Source: Candidatus Iainarchaeum sp.
Lineage (GTDB): Archaea; Iainarchaeota; Iainarchaeia; Iainarchaeales; JAGVWC01
Length of the DNA: 64,000 bases
Direction of reading: 5' to 3'
NCBI GenBank assembly: GCA_018304465.1
Contig: JAGVWC010000009.1
Span: 96,001 to 160,000 of the forward strand
Position 1 is the stretch's first letter; each line of letters starts with the position of its first letter. A program made the translations under genes and the position numbers. Shown here piece by piece: positions 27,119-38,100 of this stretch. Under the pieces are notes generated by a model that made no database searches, was not told the origin of the DNA, and saw only the letters and a program-made list of their open reading frames with translations.

Positions 27119-30100
27119 ATGGCGATTCTGCAGACATTATCGGAATGGTATGCCAAGGCAGAAGACAAGTTTTTTTCGACCTTGGATTGGCTGGATTCCA
27201 AAGGAGTCCCAGTGTACGCGTACAGCAACGCGTTGGAATCCAGGGGAATTCCTTCTTTTCCCGTCACGGTTTGCCTGATTGTATTGCTGTTGTTTGGTTT
27301 GGCGTGGCTTTTGTTCTTGCCCGCGGCCAGCGGAACCACCTTGGATTTGGGTTTAACCGACCAGGGAGAAAACGCGTTGTCGGGCGTATCCGTCAAGGTT
27401 CTGGATGAAAGCGGCAAAAATATTTTCGAAGGAACCAAAAACAACGGGGATTCGATTGCGCTTTCGGGAGTCGTGGGAAAAGAATTGTCGGTGCTTGCGT
27501 CCAAAGACGGTTTTGATCCCGCATCCACGAAAATACGCGTGCGAAGCGAAAACGAAAGCGTTTCATTGATGCTGCAAAAACAATTCATTCCCGTGGTCGC
27601 CCAAGTGCGATTCGTGGATTCGATTACGGGGGTTCCGATTACGAACGCCGCGGTTTCTTTTTCCTGGCAGAATCTGAACCAGACCGCAACCACGGACGCC
27701 AACGGTTTTGTCACGTTAACGGGTTTTCCCGGAAACGAGGATATTTTGGTGGCGGTCACGTCGGATAATTACGAGTCCAAGCAAAGCACGATTCGGCTGT
27801 TGGACGGACAAAAACAAAGCATTCCCTTGGTTCCAAAGCAAAGCGCGCAATTCGGAAACGCGAAAATCATCGTTAAAGTATTTGAAAAACAAACGCAGTT
27901 GTCCCTCGATGACGCGCACGTCGTGCTGTTGAATCCACAATCGAACGCGAGTTATTCCGAAGGATCCACGCAAGACGGACAATTCATCGCGGATCTGCCC
28001 AAAGGCACCGTGTTCGTCGCGCGGGTTTCAAAAGGCGGGTATGTCAAATTCGTTTCCGCCCAGCAAACCGTTCGCGACGAGGAAATGCAATTGAACGTGG
28101 AGCTGGTCAAAGGCGGAACCAAAGTTCGGGTCACGGTCCAGTCCAAAGAAAGCAGTTTGCCGCTGGCGGGCACCTTGGTGTCATTGTACAAAACCGACGG
28201 TTCACGGGTCGAAGAACAATCCGCGCCGTTTAGCGGAACCGTGGATTTTTCGGGATTGCAACCGGATGAAAATTATTTCGTCGGCGGTTATTTGACGGGG
28301 TTCGTTCCGGCGCTCGAGTTTTTTTCGCCGTTTGAAACCAACGAATTGACGTTGGAATTGGAAACCGAAAGCACTTCGAACATGGCCAAATTCAACGTGT
28401 TCGTCACGGGTTCGGACGGTCTTGCGGGAAACAACGCGGGCGTATCTTTTTTCGAAGTGATCAACGGGTATACGATTCCCACGGGTTTGCCAACAGTAGT
28501 CACGGAGTACGACGGATACGTGTCCATCAAGGCGCCGGTTGGAAAAAACATTCTTGGCCGCGCGTCAAGAGGACTTGAAACCGGGGACGCGAACAAGATC
28601 GTCGCCTTGGGAGAAAACAATGTTGCGATTCGCATGAAACTCACGGACACCGCCAAGCGACTGCGCGTACTCGGGTTTGACGGAAACCCCGTAGTCCAGG
28701 CATTCTTGCACGTCGAATCCCCGTCCAAAGAAGTGTTGTTTGACGGAAACATCGGGGACGACGGCAGTATTTTGTTTGACGCCAAAAAAAGCGATTCCAT
28801 TAACGTCACGGTTTCCTTGCCGGACGGAAACGTGTTTTCAAGCCAGGAAATAGTCAAAGGAAAAAGCGAAGTCATCGTGCGGTTAAAACCCAACAACACG
28901 GACGCGCTGGCTCCGCCCATCAAATTTTTGGGACTCGAACAATCGGATGGCACCGTGGTGCAAAGCCTCACGCCGGGAACCGAATATTGGGCGAAGTTCC
29001 AGATCGACTGGGTGGAAGGACAATACCGCGGCGGCGTGCATGTGCGCATCGGAAACGACAACGAACCGTTCGCCGAATCCGACGATGTCGGAATCATGGG
29101 TTTTGACGCCGGCGGGTTTTCGTCGTTCGCGTATTCGCGTTCGTATTCCCCGCTTCCGTCCCCCGGAAACGAATCCCTCGATCTTCGCAACAAAGGCGAA
29201 GCCGGCCAGTACAACAAATGGGCGGAGATTTATTTTGACAATCCGAAAGGAACCCAGATTATCCGCGTGAAAGTCAAAGCGAAAGAAACCATTTCCAAGC
29301 AAACCGTTTTTCTGCATTACCGCGCGTGGTCTTTGGTCGGAACCGCGTATCACCGGTCTCCGGAAGACCCGGAATTAAAGAACGAACAATTCTCGAATTC
29401 GAAAACCGCGTTGTACGCGCAGACGAACGCGGAAACCCTGTCCGTGTTTTCGACACAGCCCGACTGCCAGGGAAAAGCCTGCGCCACGTTCACGATCGTT
29501 TCAAGCGACGGGGAAACGGTTCAAAAATCCGATTTCACGTACGCGGCGCGTGGACGCGTCTACGCGATCGAAGCCACGATTCGAAGCCAGCAAGCCATGG
29601 GCGCGCTGATCAAAGCGACGACCCCCAAACAAAAACCAAAATTGTTTTTTACGGGAAGCGAAGTCGAGAGTTTCACGCAGTTCATTGACACGAATTCCAC
29701 GCAAACCGCGATGGAAATCAACGATTTAAGCGTGCTTGAAAACGTCGAGCGAAAAGCCCGCATTTATTTCAAACCAGTCCAGGACGGCCCCGCGACGATT
29801 CACATGGAGTTTTTGGGCGAGGACGTCATCGTCAAAGAGGATTTCTTTTTCAATGTCGGCGAGGACAAAACCTTGTTCGTGGCGGTGGAACCCGGAATCG
29901 TTAATCTGGGTTCTTCATTCAAAGTCATCGTAACGGACGACAAGAACAAAGGAGTCGAAAACGCCACGGTGCACATCCGCGATAATCTTAACGCGATCGC
30001 GTCAAGCATTGTCGGCAGTTCGTCGTTTGGAATGGGTCGCGGCGGAGAATACGGTTTTGGAACCACGATGGGCGCGGGAGAATTCACCGCTGAGGTATCC

Positions 30101-33100
30101 GCGCCGGGTTACGAGCCGAAAACGGTTTCGTTTAGCATCAGCGCCAATGACGCGCTCAGATTGCCGGAAGAAATTATTTTGAAGATTCCGATGGGACAGC
30201 CCACCGCCAATATGGCCGTTGATTTGGAGAATATTTCCGCGGGAGTCATCCGCGATATTTCAACCGAAGTCCAGCAAAACGGTAGCTGGCCGTACGAGTT
30301 GTCCTTAAACGCGGGAACGGTTTCGAGTTTGCGCCAAGGACAAAAAGGAAAACTGGATGTCACGGGAACGTTTGCCGGGGACAGCAATCGCGTGGTGCAA
30401 GGCGAAGCCGACGTAATCGTGAAAGGATACGTCACGGGCAAATATCCGGCGATCGCGTCCACGCACGTGATTGTGTCGTATAACCAGCCGTTGGATCCGC
30501 ATTGTCTGGTGTTCGAACCCAAGGAATTGACCGTGTATTTGGCCGCCAACGCGCCGTATCCCGGCGTGGATGGTCTCTTAAGCCCGAACAAGTTTTACTC
30601 GGATTACTCGAAATACAGCGCGTCGTACGCGCCGTATTATTCGAATACCCAGGACCAGTCGAATTACAATTCCCAGTTAAACCAAGGCCAATACGGCGCG
30701 TTGTATGACCAGTACAACACCAATGGCCAGATCAATTCGCAGATGGATCCGCGGTATTCACAGTACAACGATCCGGGATATACTCAAAACGGATCGCAGT
30801 TGTACGGCGGATCGTATTCCCAGCCCAGTAATTATTACGCGCCGTATTCGAACGTGTACGAGGATTACGATAACCAGCAAAAAGAACTGGAAATTCAGGT
30901 CAAAAACAATTGCGGCGTGGCACTGAACCTGACCGGCAAAGTTGTGGCCAAGCAAGGCGGAAACACGGACCCGTTTATTCAGGTAACGGCGCCGCCGCTG
31001 GTGTTGCAACCCAATGAATCCACGACCACGACGATTTCTGTTAGAAACCTGCGCGATCGTATCGTCAGCCGTCAGGAAACCCGAAACTTCGACATAACGT
31101 ATGCTTCGAACGCGAACCTCGCGACGCTTCCCTTGCATGTCGTGCTGTGGGATTCGCGATACGCCTTGGCGATGCGCGACAACATCGTCATGTATTTGTC
31201 CCAAGGCGCCAAAGGCGAGCCCGTGATTTCGGCCGAACCGATTTTCGTTCGCAACGTGGGGCTTCAGGACATTGAAAACTTTAATATTTTCCTTTCCGGC
31301 GACACGTATCAAAATGGCGTGGACGTGCGGATCACACCCAGCGGAGACGTTCCGATCCTAGGACGAAACCAGGTGATTTTTCCCCCCAAGATGCTGGTCG
31401 CGGAACTGCGCGGCGGAACCGACAAAGGCCGCTTGATCCGCGCGCAAATCATCGCCACGGGAATGATTAACGGAAAAGAAATGGAACTTCGGCGCGCCAA
31501 TGTGTGGATCAATGTCAGTGCGTACGAATGCCTGCGGATTTCGCCGGCGGAATCCCTTGATTTCGTCAGTCAGGAATCGCGCATCGGAACCATTGACAAG
31601 AAAATCAAGGTGCGAAACACCTGCGAAGAAGCCGTGCGCGTCGCCGACATCCAACCCAACAAATTGGGCGCCAACGAGGTTTCGATTGTTCCGATCGCAA
31701 GCGATATTCTCGCTCCTGACGCCGAAGCGGAGTTTTTGGTGCGCGTCGTCAAACGCCAGGATTACAAGAGCCAGAACCTGAATTTTTCGGTTGTTGGTCT
31801 CACCACGGTGTCGCGAAAATTCATCGGGTCCAATCGTCTTCATGCGCTCGTGGAACTCGGTCAAACCGCGGTGTCCACGGGGGTCTCGACCGAAGCCTAC
31901 ACGATCAACGTGTGCAAGGAAGACGGAACGATTTCCGCGGAAACCCGTCAAGTCAAATTCCCCAAAGTCGCGTCTACCGCCAATTGTGACAAGGCATATT
32001 GTGACGCGGAACTTGCTGCCGAATACTTGTTGAAAAAACTGGATACCAAAATCGCCCAGGCGCGCAGCGCGATCGGATACGGAAACGGTGAAGTCATGAA
32101 TTTTTCGGATAACTGCATCGTGACCGCACAAAACCCCGTGTGTTCGTTCGGACAACTGGACCCAAAGATTCCGGAAACGTTTGACTTGTACCTGCAAAAT
32201 GACCGCTTGTCCACGGACCTGTTGCAAAAAACGATTTCGGAAAAAGGAAGCGGAGAAATCAAGAATTATCAGGTGAATTATTGCGCCGGAAGCCGCTGTG
32301 ACGCCCAGGCGATCGCCGCCACGGGCTACCCCAATTTGTTGATGGTAAGCGACAATATTCAGGGCTGCGGTCACTTTCGGGTTTCCATTGACGGCGCCGC
32401 GTTTGTGAACCAGAACCAGATTCGAACGGATGGATTCACGTTGGCCATTAACGTGTCGAATTACGCGGTGACCCCGGAGTGCGTGAACAAGATCCAAAAC
32501 GTGCATAATTTCCTGCCGATCGACAAAACCCTGACCGCAAACAACGCGTACGGAACAATGATGGGAATGGCGGAAGCCGAAACCAAATTGCTGCCGCTTG
32601 CGGAATCGTTTGCCAAGGAGTTTTACGGAACAAGCGACGGACGTTTTTCGGAAAACAGCCAGGGAAACAAAGTACACATTGAAACCGGCGAAGTTCCCGG
32701 CGGAATTGTTAAAATCGGTTTGGACCCGCAGGGAACCGCAACCGATCCCAAAACGATTACCGCGACGATTAACCGCAGCATCGAAGGCGTGGATTTGACT
32801 CAAAACAACCAAAACGCGTTGTTCAAGGAAGCCGCGAACGCGTTTTCGGCTCTCAAAAGCCGCCAGATTCCGCTTGGAAAAGGATGTATTTCCCCCAACG
32901 AGGATTATTTCGTGTTGGGTTCCGCGGCCAAACTCGGGGACTTGACCGTTACCGGTCCTGACAAAATCGATGTGTTGCCGCAGTACGAAGCCTGCATTGA
33001 TCTGATCGTGAATTCCGAAATCCGAGAACAAGTGCGCTTGGAAACGAACGCCGAAGAATTGCTGCAATCAAGCAATGCGTTTGCGGAAATACTGTTAAAG

Positions 33101-33805
33101 AAAAAAACCGATCAGTCCTTGATAAAACCCAGCGACGACATCGTATTGGATGAGAATCCTGCGAGCAAAAAATACACGCAAGCGTTCCAATTGTGCGTCA
33201 AAGGAAGCGAATACTTCCAGTTTTCGGAATCCGCGTCCAAGATCAAGGTTTTGGCGCAATCCACCTTGGATACCGTGCGCAGAAGCAAGGAAAAAGAAAT
33301 CGGCTTTCAGGCCTGCGGAATTCATCCGTATGATTTGGTGAACAAGCTGAACACGCTGGAACCCGGAAAAGAATATTACGCGACCGTGGGCTGGAAAGGC
33401 GATCCCAATGCCGTGACCTTGTCCGCCGTGATCAACGGAATGGCCGAAAAGAAATTGTTATCCAAAGAAAACACGTTGACCGGTTCCGGCGTGGATGTCG
33501 CCAAGCAGGTTCCGGTTCAGGATGAAATCAAAAAACAAAACCTCGCGTCGATTCTCGGTTACTGGCCGGGCGGCGGCACCAAGGTGGCTAGCGCGTATCT
33601 TCCGACGTGTGTAGCCGTTTCCGCGGTCTGCAATGGTTTTAGAACCCTGGGACTCGGCGGATGGCTATGGGGCCCCATGTTTGACTGCGGATTACCCGCG
33701 TTGTGGGCGATTTCCCCGCAAATCGGTTTGGAAGGCGCGCGCAACATGATTGAAAACGCGTTTGGTTCCTGCTGGGTCCAAGCACCACGCCAACGGACCC
33801 GTTAA
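27119..33805 (+). CDS. Giant surface protein 1, N-terminal part (Cna-B/carboxypeptidase-regulatory-like Ig repeats)
   Basis: Start placed at 27119 by exact register with the paralogs (Y11, E15-D16); one N-terminal TM; repeated 'V.D..G.P...A.V......TD..G' beta-sandwich motifs; continues after a -1 shift. Confidence 0.88.
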   Translation: MAILQTLSEWYAKAEDKFFSTLDWLDSKGVPVYAYSNALESRGIPSFPVTVCLIVLLLFGLAWLLFLPAASGTTLDLGLTDQGENALSGVSVKVLDESGKNIFEGTKNNGDSIALSGVVGKELSVLASKDGFDPASTKIRVRSENESVSLMLQKQFIPVVAQVRFVDSITGVPITNAAVSFSWQNLNQTATTDANGFVTLTGFPGNEDILVAVTSDNYESKQSTIRLLDGQKQSIPLVPKQSAQFGNAKIIVKVFEKQTQLSLDDAHVVLLNPQSNASYSEGSTQDGQFIADLPKGTVFVARVSKGGYVKFVSAQQTVRDEEMQLNVELVKGGTKVRVTVQSKESSLPLAGTLVSLYKTDGSRVEEQSAPFSGTVDFSGLQPDENYFVGGYLTGFVPALEFFSPFETNELTLELETESTSNMAKFNVFVTGSDGLAGNNAGVSFFEVINGYTIPTGLPTVVTEYDGYVSIKAPVGKNILGRASRGLETGDANKIVALGENNVAIRMKLTDTAKRLRVLGFDGNPVVQAFLHVESPSKEVLFDGNIGDDGSILFDAKKSDSINVTVSLPDGNVFSSQEIVKGKSEVIVRLKPNNTDALAPPIKFLGLEQSDGTVVQSLTPGTEYWAKFQIDWVEGQYRGGVHVRIGNDNEPFAESDDVGIMGFDAGGFSSFAYSRSYSPLPSPGNESLDLRNKGEAGQYNKWAEIYFDNPKGTQIIRVKVKAKETISKQTVFLHYRAWSLVGTAYHRSPEDPELKNEQFSNSKTALYAQTNAETLSVFSTQPDCQGKACATFTIVSSDGETVQKSDFTYAARGRVYAIEATIRSQQAMGALIKATTPKQKPKLFFTGSEVESFTQFIDTNSTQTAMEINDLSVLENVERKARIYFKPVQDGPATIHMEFLGEDVIVKEDFFFNVGEDKTLFVAVEPGIVNLGSSFKVIVTDDKNKGVENATVHIRDNLNAIASSIVGSSSFGMGRGGEYGFGTTMGAGEFTAEVSAPGYEPKTVSFSISANDALRLPEEIILKIPMGQPTANMAVDLENISAGVIRDISTEVQQNGSWPYELSLNAGTVSSLRQGQKGKLDVTGTFAGDSNRVVQGEADVIVKGYVTGKYPAIASTHVIVSYNQPLDPHCLVFEPKELTVYLAANAPYPGVDGLLSPNKFYSDYSKYSASYAPYYSNTQDQSNYNSQLNQGQYGALYDQYNTNGQINSQMDPRYSQYNDPGYTQNGSQLYGGSYSQPSNYYAPYSNVYEDYDNQQKELEIQVKNNCGVALNLTGKVVAKQGGNTDPFIQVTAPPLVLQPNESTTTTISVRNLRDRIVSRQETRNFDITYASNANLATLPLHVVLWDSRYALAMRDNIVMYLSQGAKGEPVISAEPIFVRNVGLQDIENFNIFLSGDTYQNGVDVRITPSGDVPILGRNQVIFPPKMLVAELRGGTDKGRLIRAQIIATGMINGKEMELRRANVWINVSAYECLRISPAESLDFVSQESRIGTIDKKIKVRNTCEEAVRVADIQPNKLGANEVSIVPIASDILAPDAEAEFLVRVVKRQDYKSQNLNFSVVGLTTVSRKFIGSNRLHALVELGQTAVSTGVSTEAYTINVCKEDGTISAETRQVKFPKVASTANCDKAYCDAELAAEYLLKKLDTKIAQARSAIGYGNGEVMNFSDNCIVTAQNPVCSFGQLDPKIPETFDLYLQNDRLSTDLLQKTISEKGSGEIKNYQVNYCAGSRCDAQAIAATGYPNLLMVSDNIQGCGHFRVSIDGAAFVNQNQIRTDGFTLAINVSNYAVTPECVNKIQNVHNFLPIDKTLTANNAYGTMMGMAEAETKLLPLAESFAKEFYGTSDGRFSENSQGNKVHIETGEVPGGIVKIGLDPQGTATDPKTITATINRSIEGVDLTQNNQNALFKEAANAFSALKSRQIPLGKGCISPNEDYFVLGSAAKLGDLTVTGPDKIDVLPQYEACIDLIVNSEIREQVRLETNAEELLQSSNAFAEILLKKKTDQSLIKPSDDIVLDENPASKKYTQAFQLCVKGSEYFQFSESASKIKVLAQSTLDTVRRSKEKEIGFQACGIHPYDLVNKLNTLEPGKEYYATVGWKGDPNAVTLSAVINGMAEKKLLSKENTLTGSGVDVAKQVPVQDEIKKQNLASILGYWPGGGTKVASAYLPTCVAVSAVCNGFRTLGLGGWLWGPMFDCGLPALWAISPQIGLEGARNMIENAFGSCWVQAPRQRTR

Positions 33806-35148
33806 AAGCCCAGGCGCAAGAAGACATCGTGAATGGCGCCGTGGTTTCGGTCGGAGCAAAAACCTTATTGGGCGCCAGTTCCGAATTGTATTACGGAAAT
33901 TATCGTTCGCCACTGCCGATTAACAGCGCGGCCCGCCAAATCTCCAATGACATCATTGACCAGGTCGTCACGGAAAAACTCGCCCCGATCGGAACCCCGA
34001 TCAAGGATTCTTCCGGCGCCGTAATCGGAGCCGTCAAAGCCAGTGATCACGCGGAATTCCGAAACATCTTAAAAGACAAACTCGAACCCGCGATCAAGGA
34101 CGCGTTGGAAGAAAAAGGCGTCAAGAACCGCGTTCCGATTCCGGGCGCCGACAAAGTGCGAATCGCGTTAAACGATGAAAAACTCATCAACGAAGCCACG
34201 AGCACGGCGATCACGAAAGCCTCCGCGGATCTGGAAAAACCGCTGTCCGATTGGACGGTGTCGCATTCGAGCGTCTTCCAGGATCCCGTCAAGCTCGCCA
34301 AGCAAAGAGAACTCGTTTCAAGCGTCGTGGATTTATTCGGACAGGATCTTCCGCAAACCGGAAACGTCGTGGACCGGACCACGCTTGAACAAGTGTGGAA
34401 CCAGCGCATGCTCGACGACTTGAAGTCTTACGGTTTGAAAGAAACCGACTTGGTTGGAACCAAATCGGTACAGCGACTGGTCGAGGAAAAAGTCCGCGCC
34501 GGCGTGATCACGGAAGGAATGCCAGTCGGGAAAAAAGTCGCGATTCAGCCGGTGTACAAATTGTTGGATCCGAAGAAAACCTACGCGAGTGTCATCGGAG
34601 AAATTTATTCTAACGCGGAATTAGCCAAAAAACTGGATACGGGCTTTAAGGACCGTGCCGGAAAATTCGCCAAGGGATTGCTCGAAGGAAAAACCGGCGA
34701 AATCGGCGGGTTCACCCGATTCAGAAAATTCCTCGGTTCGATGGCGCGGGGTCTTGCGTGCGGTTTCATTTCGAACGCCGCGGGTCTTTGGATGTACAAA
34801 CAAGGATTGGCGGAAAACCTGAATCTGCCCGATGATAAGATCTCGGTTAAGGGACCGGCGAAAGTCAGTCCGACCGGTGGGTTGGTCGTGGACGGAACCG
34901 GAAACATCAACACGGACGCGGAGCTCTTGCGCGGACACACCTACAAAATCGTGTCGAAAAAAACCGACGACAAAACGCGTTCGATTGAAATCACGAAAGT
35001 CGCGAATATTTCGGAGCTGTCAAAGGTCCCCAAAGACGCCTGGCTTAACACGGATTGCACCGGAAAATTCGGGCAAAAAGACTTAAGCGAAGTCCTCAAC
35101 GCAAAGGCGCTTGTGGGCGTAAACCTCTCGTCCACGAGAGCGTCATAA
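33754..35148 (+). CDS. Giant surface protein 1, C-terminal part (probable frameshifted continuation; fused about 2676 aa)
   Basis: Frame is open from 33754 and overlaps the upstream ORF; one extra T at TTT GGT T^CC gives AFGFLLGPSTTPTDPLKAQAQEDIVNG; no clear RBS for the GTG at 33829. Confidence 0.7.
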   Translation, partial: KRVWFLLGPSTTPTDPLKAQAQEDIVNGAVVSVGAKTLLGASSELYYGNYRSPLPINSAARQISNDIIDQVVTEKLAPIGTPIKDSSGAVIGAVKASDHAEFRNILKDKLEPAIKDALEEKGVKNRVPIPGADKVRIALNDEKLINEATSTAITKASADLEKPLSDWTVSHSSVFQDPVKLAKQRELVSSVVDLFGQDLPQTGNVVDRTTLEQVWNQRMLDDLKSYGLKETDLVGTKSVQRLVEEKVRAGVITEGMPVGKKVAIQPVYKLLDPKKTYASVIGEIYSNAELAKKLDTGFKDRAGKFAKGLLEGKTGEIGGFTRFRKFLGSMARGLACGFISNAAGLWMYKQGLAENLNLPDDKISVKGPAKVSPTGGLVVDGTGNINTDAELLRGHTYKIVSKKTDDKTRSIEITKVANISELSKVPKDAWLNTDCTGKFGQKDLSEVLNAKALVGVNLSSTRAS

Positions 35149-35158
35149 AAAAGAGGCA

Positions 35159-38100
35159 ATGGTTCAGGTCACTTGGGTGAACGCGATTGGAAAAATACTT
35201 ACGATTCCTTTTTTTGTATTAATCATTAGCGGCTTTTTGTTTTTTCTGGTTTCGCAAACCAATCTGCTTTCAAACCAAAATCCAATAATTGACCAAAATG
35301 AGCAAGTCTGTGGAAACCGTGTTTGTGAATCCAACGAAAACAGTTTTACTTGTTTGTTGGATTGTTTTGCATGTAACGAAAACGGAACCTGTGAAACCGA
35401 GATTGAAGAAAACGATTACTCATGCGAAAAAGATTGTCCGATCAGGGTGTGCAATAATGACGGAAAATGCGATCCGAAAGAAAGCCCAACCGATTGTCCA
35501 ATCGACTGCGAACCAAAAACCGGCCCGTGCATCAAAGACGGATTCTGCAACAAAATCATTGGCGAAACAGTGGAAATGTGCCCGGAAGATTGCACGGTCT
35601 TGCCCCCGGCATGCGGAGACGCAAAATGCAACGGTTCCGAAACCTGCTTTGGTTGCCAAACCGATTGCGGTTCCTGTCCCTTCAATCCAACATGCGGAAA
35701 CAACATTCCTGAAGGAACCGAAGTGTGTGACGGAACCGCATTAAACGGTCAATCCTGTCAAACCAAAGGATTCGCAAGCGGAATTCTAACCTGCTTTTCC
35801 TCTTGCGATGATTTTAACACCGTCAACTGCGCGACACCGCTTCCACCTTGCGATGAAAACTGGAGCTGTGGACAATGGTCTACTTGCTCGAGCAGAGTAC
35901 AAAACCGAACCTGTACTGACACCAACGGATGCAGCACCACCATTGAACAACCCGCCTTAACCCAAACCTGCAATAACGCGGTATGCGGAAACAACTTTCG
36001 CGAAGAAGCGGAAATCTGTGACGGAACCGATTTGAATGGGCAAACCTGTCAAAGTCAAGGATTCGCCAATGGCAACGTGGCTTGCGCAACCAACTGCCAG
36101 TCATTCAACATGACAAACTGCGTCGGCGCTTCAAACGTCGAATGCGGAAATGGACTCATTGAAACCAACGAAGCTTGCGACGATTCCGACACCTCGTCCG
36201 GAGACGGTTGCAGTTCGAGTTGTCAAGTCGAATCCGGATACTGGTGCACCCGTCAACCGAGTATTTGTCAAGCCGGCGCCTGGGCCGCGCCCATCGGAAT
36301 TCCAACCCCCGGATTCGGAATCGAAGAAACCTACCGAATCTACGACGACCCAACCCACCGGAATCCGGGCGTACACTACACTCAAAACGAAGAAGGGGGA
36401 TACTACACGCATTACATCGATGCGACGCGTTTGACAGCAACGGATGTGGACAACCCGTTTGGATCCGTTTCAAAGCCCCGCAAAACTATTCCAAGAAACC
36501 TGTCGGCTGGAAGCGTCGTCGAGATCCATACCAGTACGCTTGCGAACTATCAAAGCAGGATCGTCGTGTCCGGTGAAGGAACGCCGCTGCAACCGATTTT
36601 TATTCGAGGACCCGATTCTTTGCACAAACCGGTTTTGAACAACACGGTGGAAGTCGGATTTATCGATCGAAACGGAAGGTACATCATCATTGAAAACCTG
36701 GACGCCCCTCACATTTCGATTCGGTCAAGAGGCGTAGACGATTACAAGGCCGATCACATCGCTGTTCGGCATTCCGAGATTCATCATGGCTCGGGAACAA
36801 GTGCAAATGCCTATTCTTCCGACATCGTGATTTTCAATAACCATATTCACGATGGGGGCGATTGGACTGCGGATTATGAAAGCAACGTGTCCGGTGTTTC
36901 GGCGGGTTCAAACACCCTGCGAGTCTGGATTTTGGATAATGACATTCATCATTTCGGAAGCGATTCCATGATCATCAGCGGTGCGGGGGTGTTGTACGAA
37001 AACGCCGCTCGTTTCATTTACATTGGACGGAACAATTTGCATCACAACGGCGAGAACGCGGTTGATGTCAAACGTGCGCGTGATGTCATCATTTCCCAGA
37101 ACACGATCCATGATTTTCGCGAACCATACGCGGTCGGCGGAAGCGCGGCGAGCCGCCCGGGAATTGTTATTCACGATCGTCCGGAAAACGTTTGGATTTT
37201 GTTCAATCGTTTTTACAATATTGGAAACGCGGTGACCGCAGCAACCGAACGGGGAACGTTGGCCATGATTGGAAACGTGGTGCAAGAAGGGGGCGATAAC
37301 CGACCCATTGTCCAGCTGAGCGCCGGCGATAGTGACCTGGGTTACAAGAGCAAGATCATTTTTGCGCACAATACGTTGTTCAATGTGGCCAACGGGCTGT
37401 CCTTAGGAGGAAACGACACGATTTCCGTTGGCGGAAACATCATTGACGGCATCAGTCAAAATTCTAGCAGCCAGCACATCCGATTCTCGGGGCCCGTGGA
37501 CAGTCCGTGGAACCTGAATTACTCTTTGTTCGGCGGCCCCGGCACGAAAGCCAAGATCGGCTGGGGAACCTCGGTTTCTCGCGATGTTGTAACACTTGGA
37601 CAGGATTATTCCGGACAATGCGCCGGCTGTCTGGAAACCAGCCCCCAATTCGTCAATGCTCCGTTTTCCAGTGTTTGGGTGGATACGTTTTTCAAAGCAA
37701 CGTATTCGAATGCGGAAATGACCGAAATCAATCGCACCGGTGTCCCGGATTCCGCCCGCATCCGAACCACACTGCGAGTGCCAGGGCAGGATTTTTCCGC
37801 GGTGGGAATTCGAATCGGAGATCATGTGAAAATGAACAGCGGAACGGGCGTGGTTACCTCTTTACTTTCAACCGACAATCCCAACCTCAAGATTGGTGCA
37901 ATCAATGGTGACACCCTTACGCTGAACCGAGACATTACCCTTTCGCCTTCCTCGGACGTATCGTTTTCGGTTTCGTATTATCCAACCACCCGAACCGACG
38001 TGTATCTTGCGGACGTATCCGGTTTTGCTGTGGGGGACAAGGTAGAATTTGGAAACGACAACGTCGCACGCACCGTCTCTGCCATCACAGCGGACAGCAA

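Noticed and set aside
31358-33067. 569-aa minus-strand ORF
   Set aside because: Antisense shadow of giant 1; atypical composition and no motifs
33740-33810. Canonical programmed -1 ribosomal frameshift signal at either giant junction (also 52620-52640)
   Set aside because: No X XXY YYZ heptamer or long homopolymer at either site, so the mechanism cannot be called programmed
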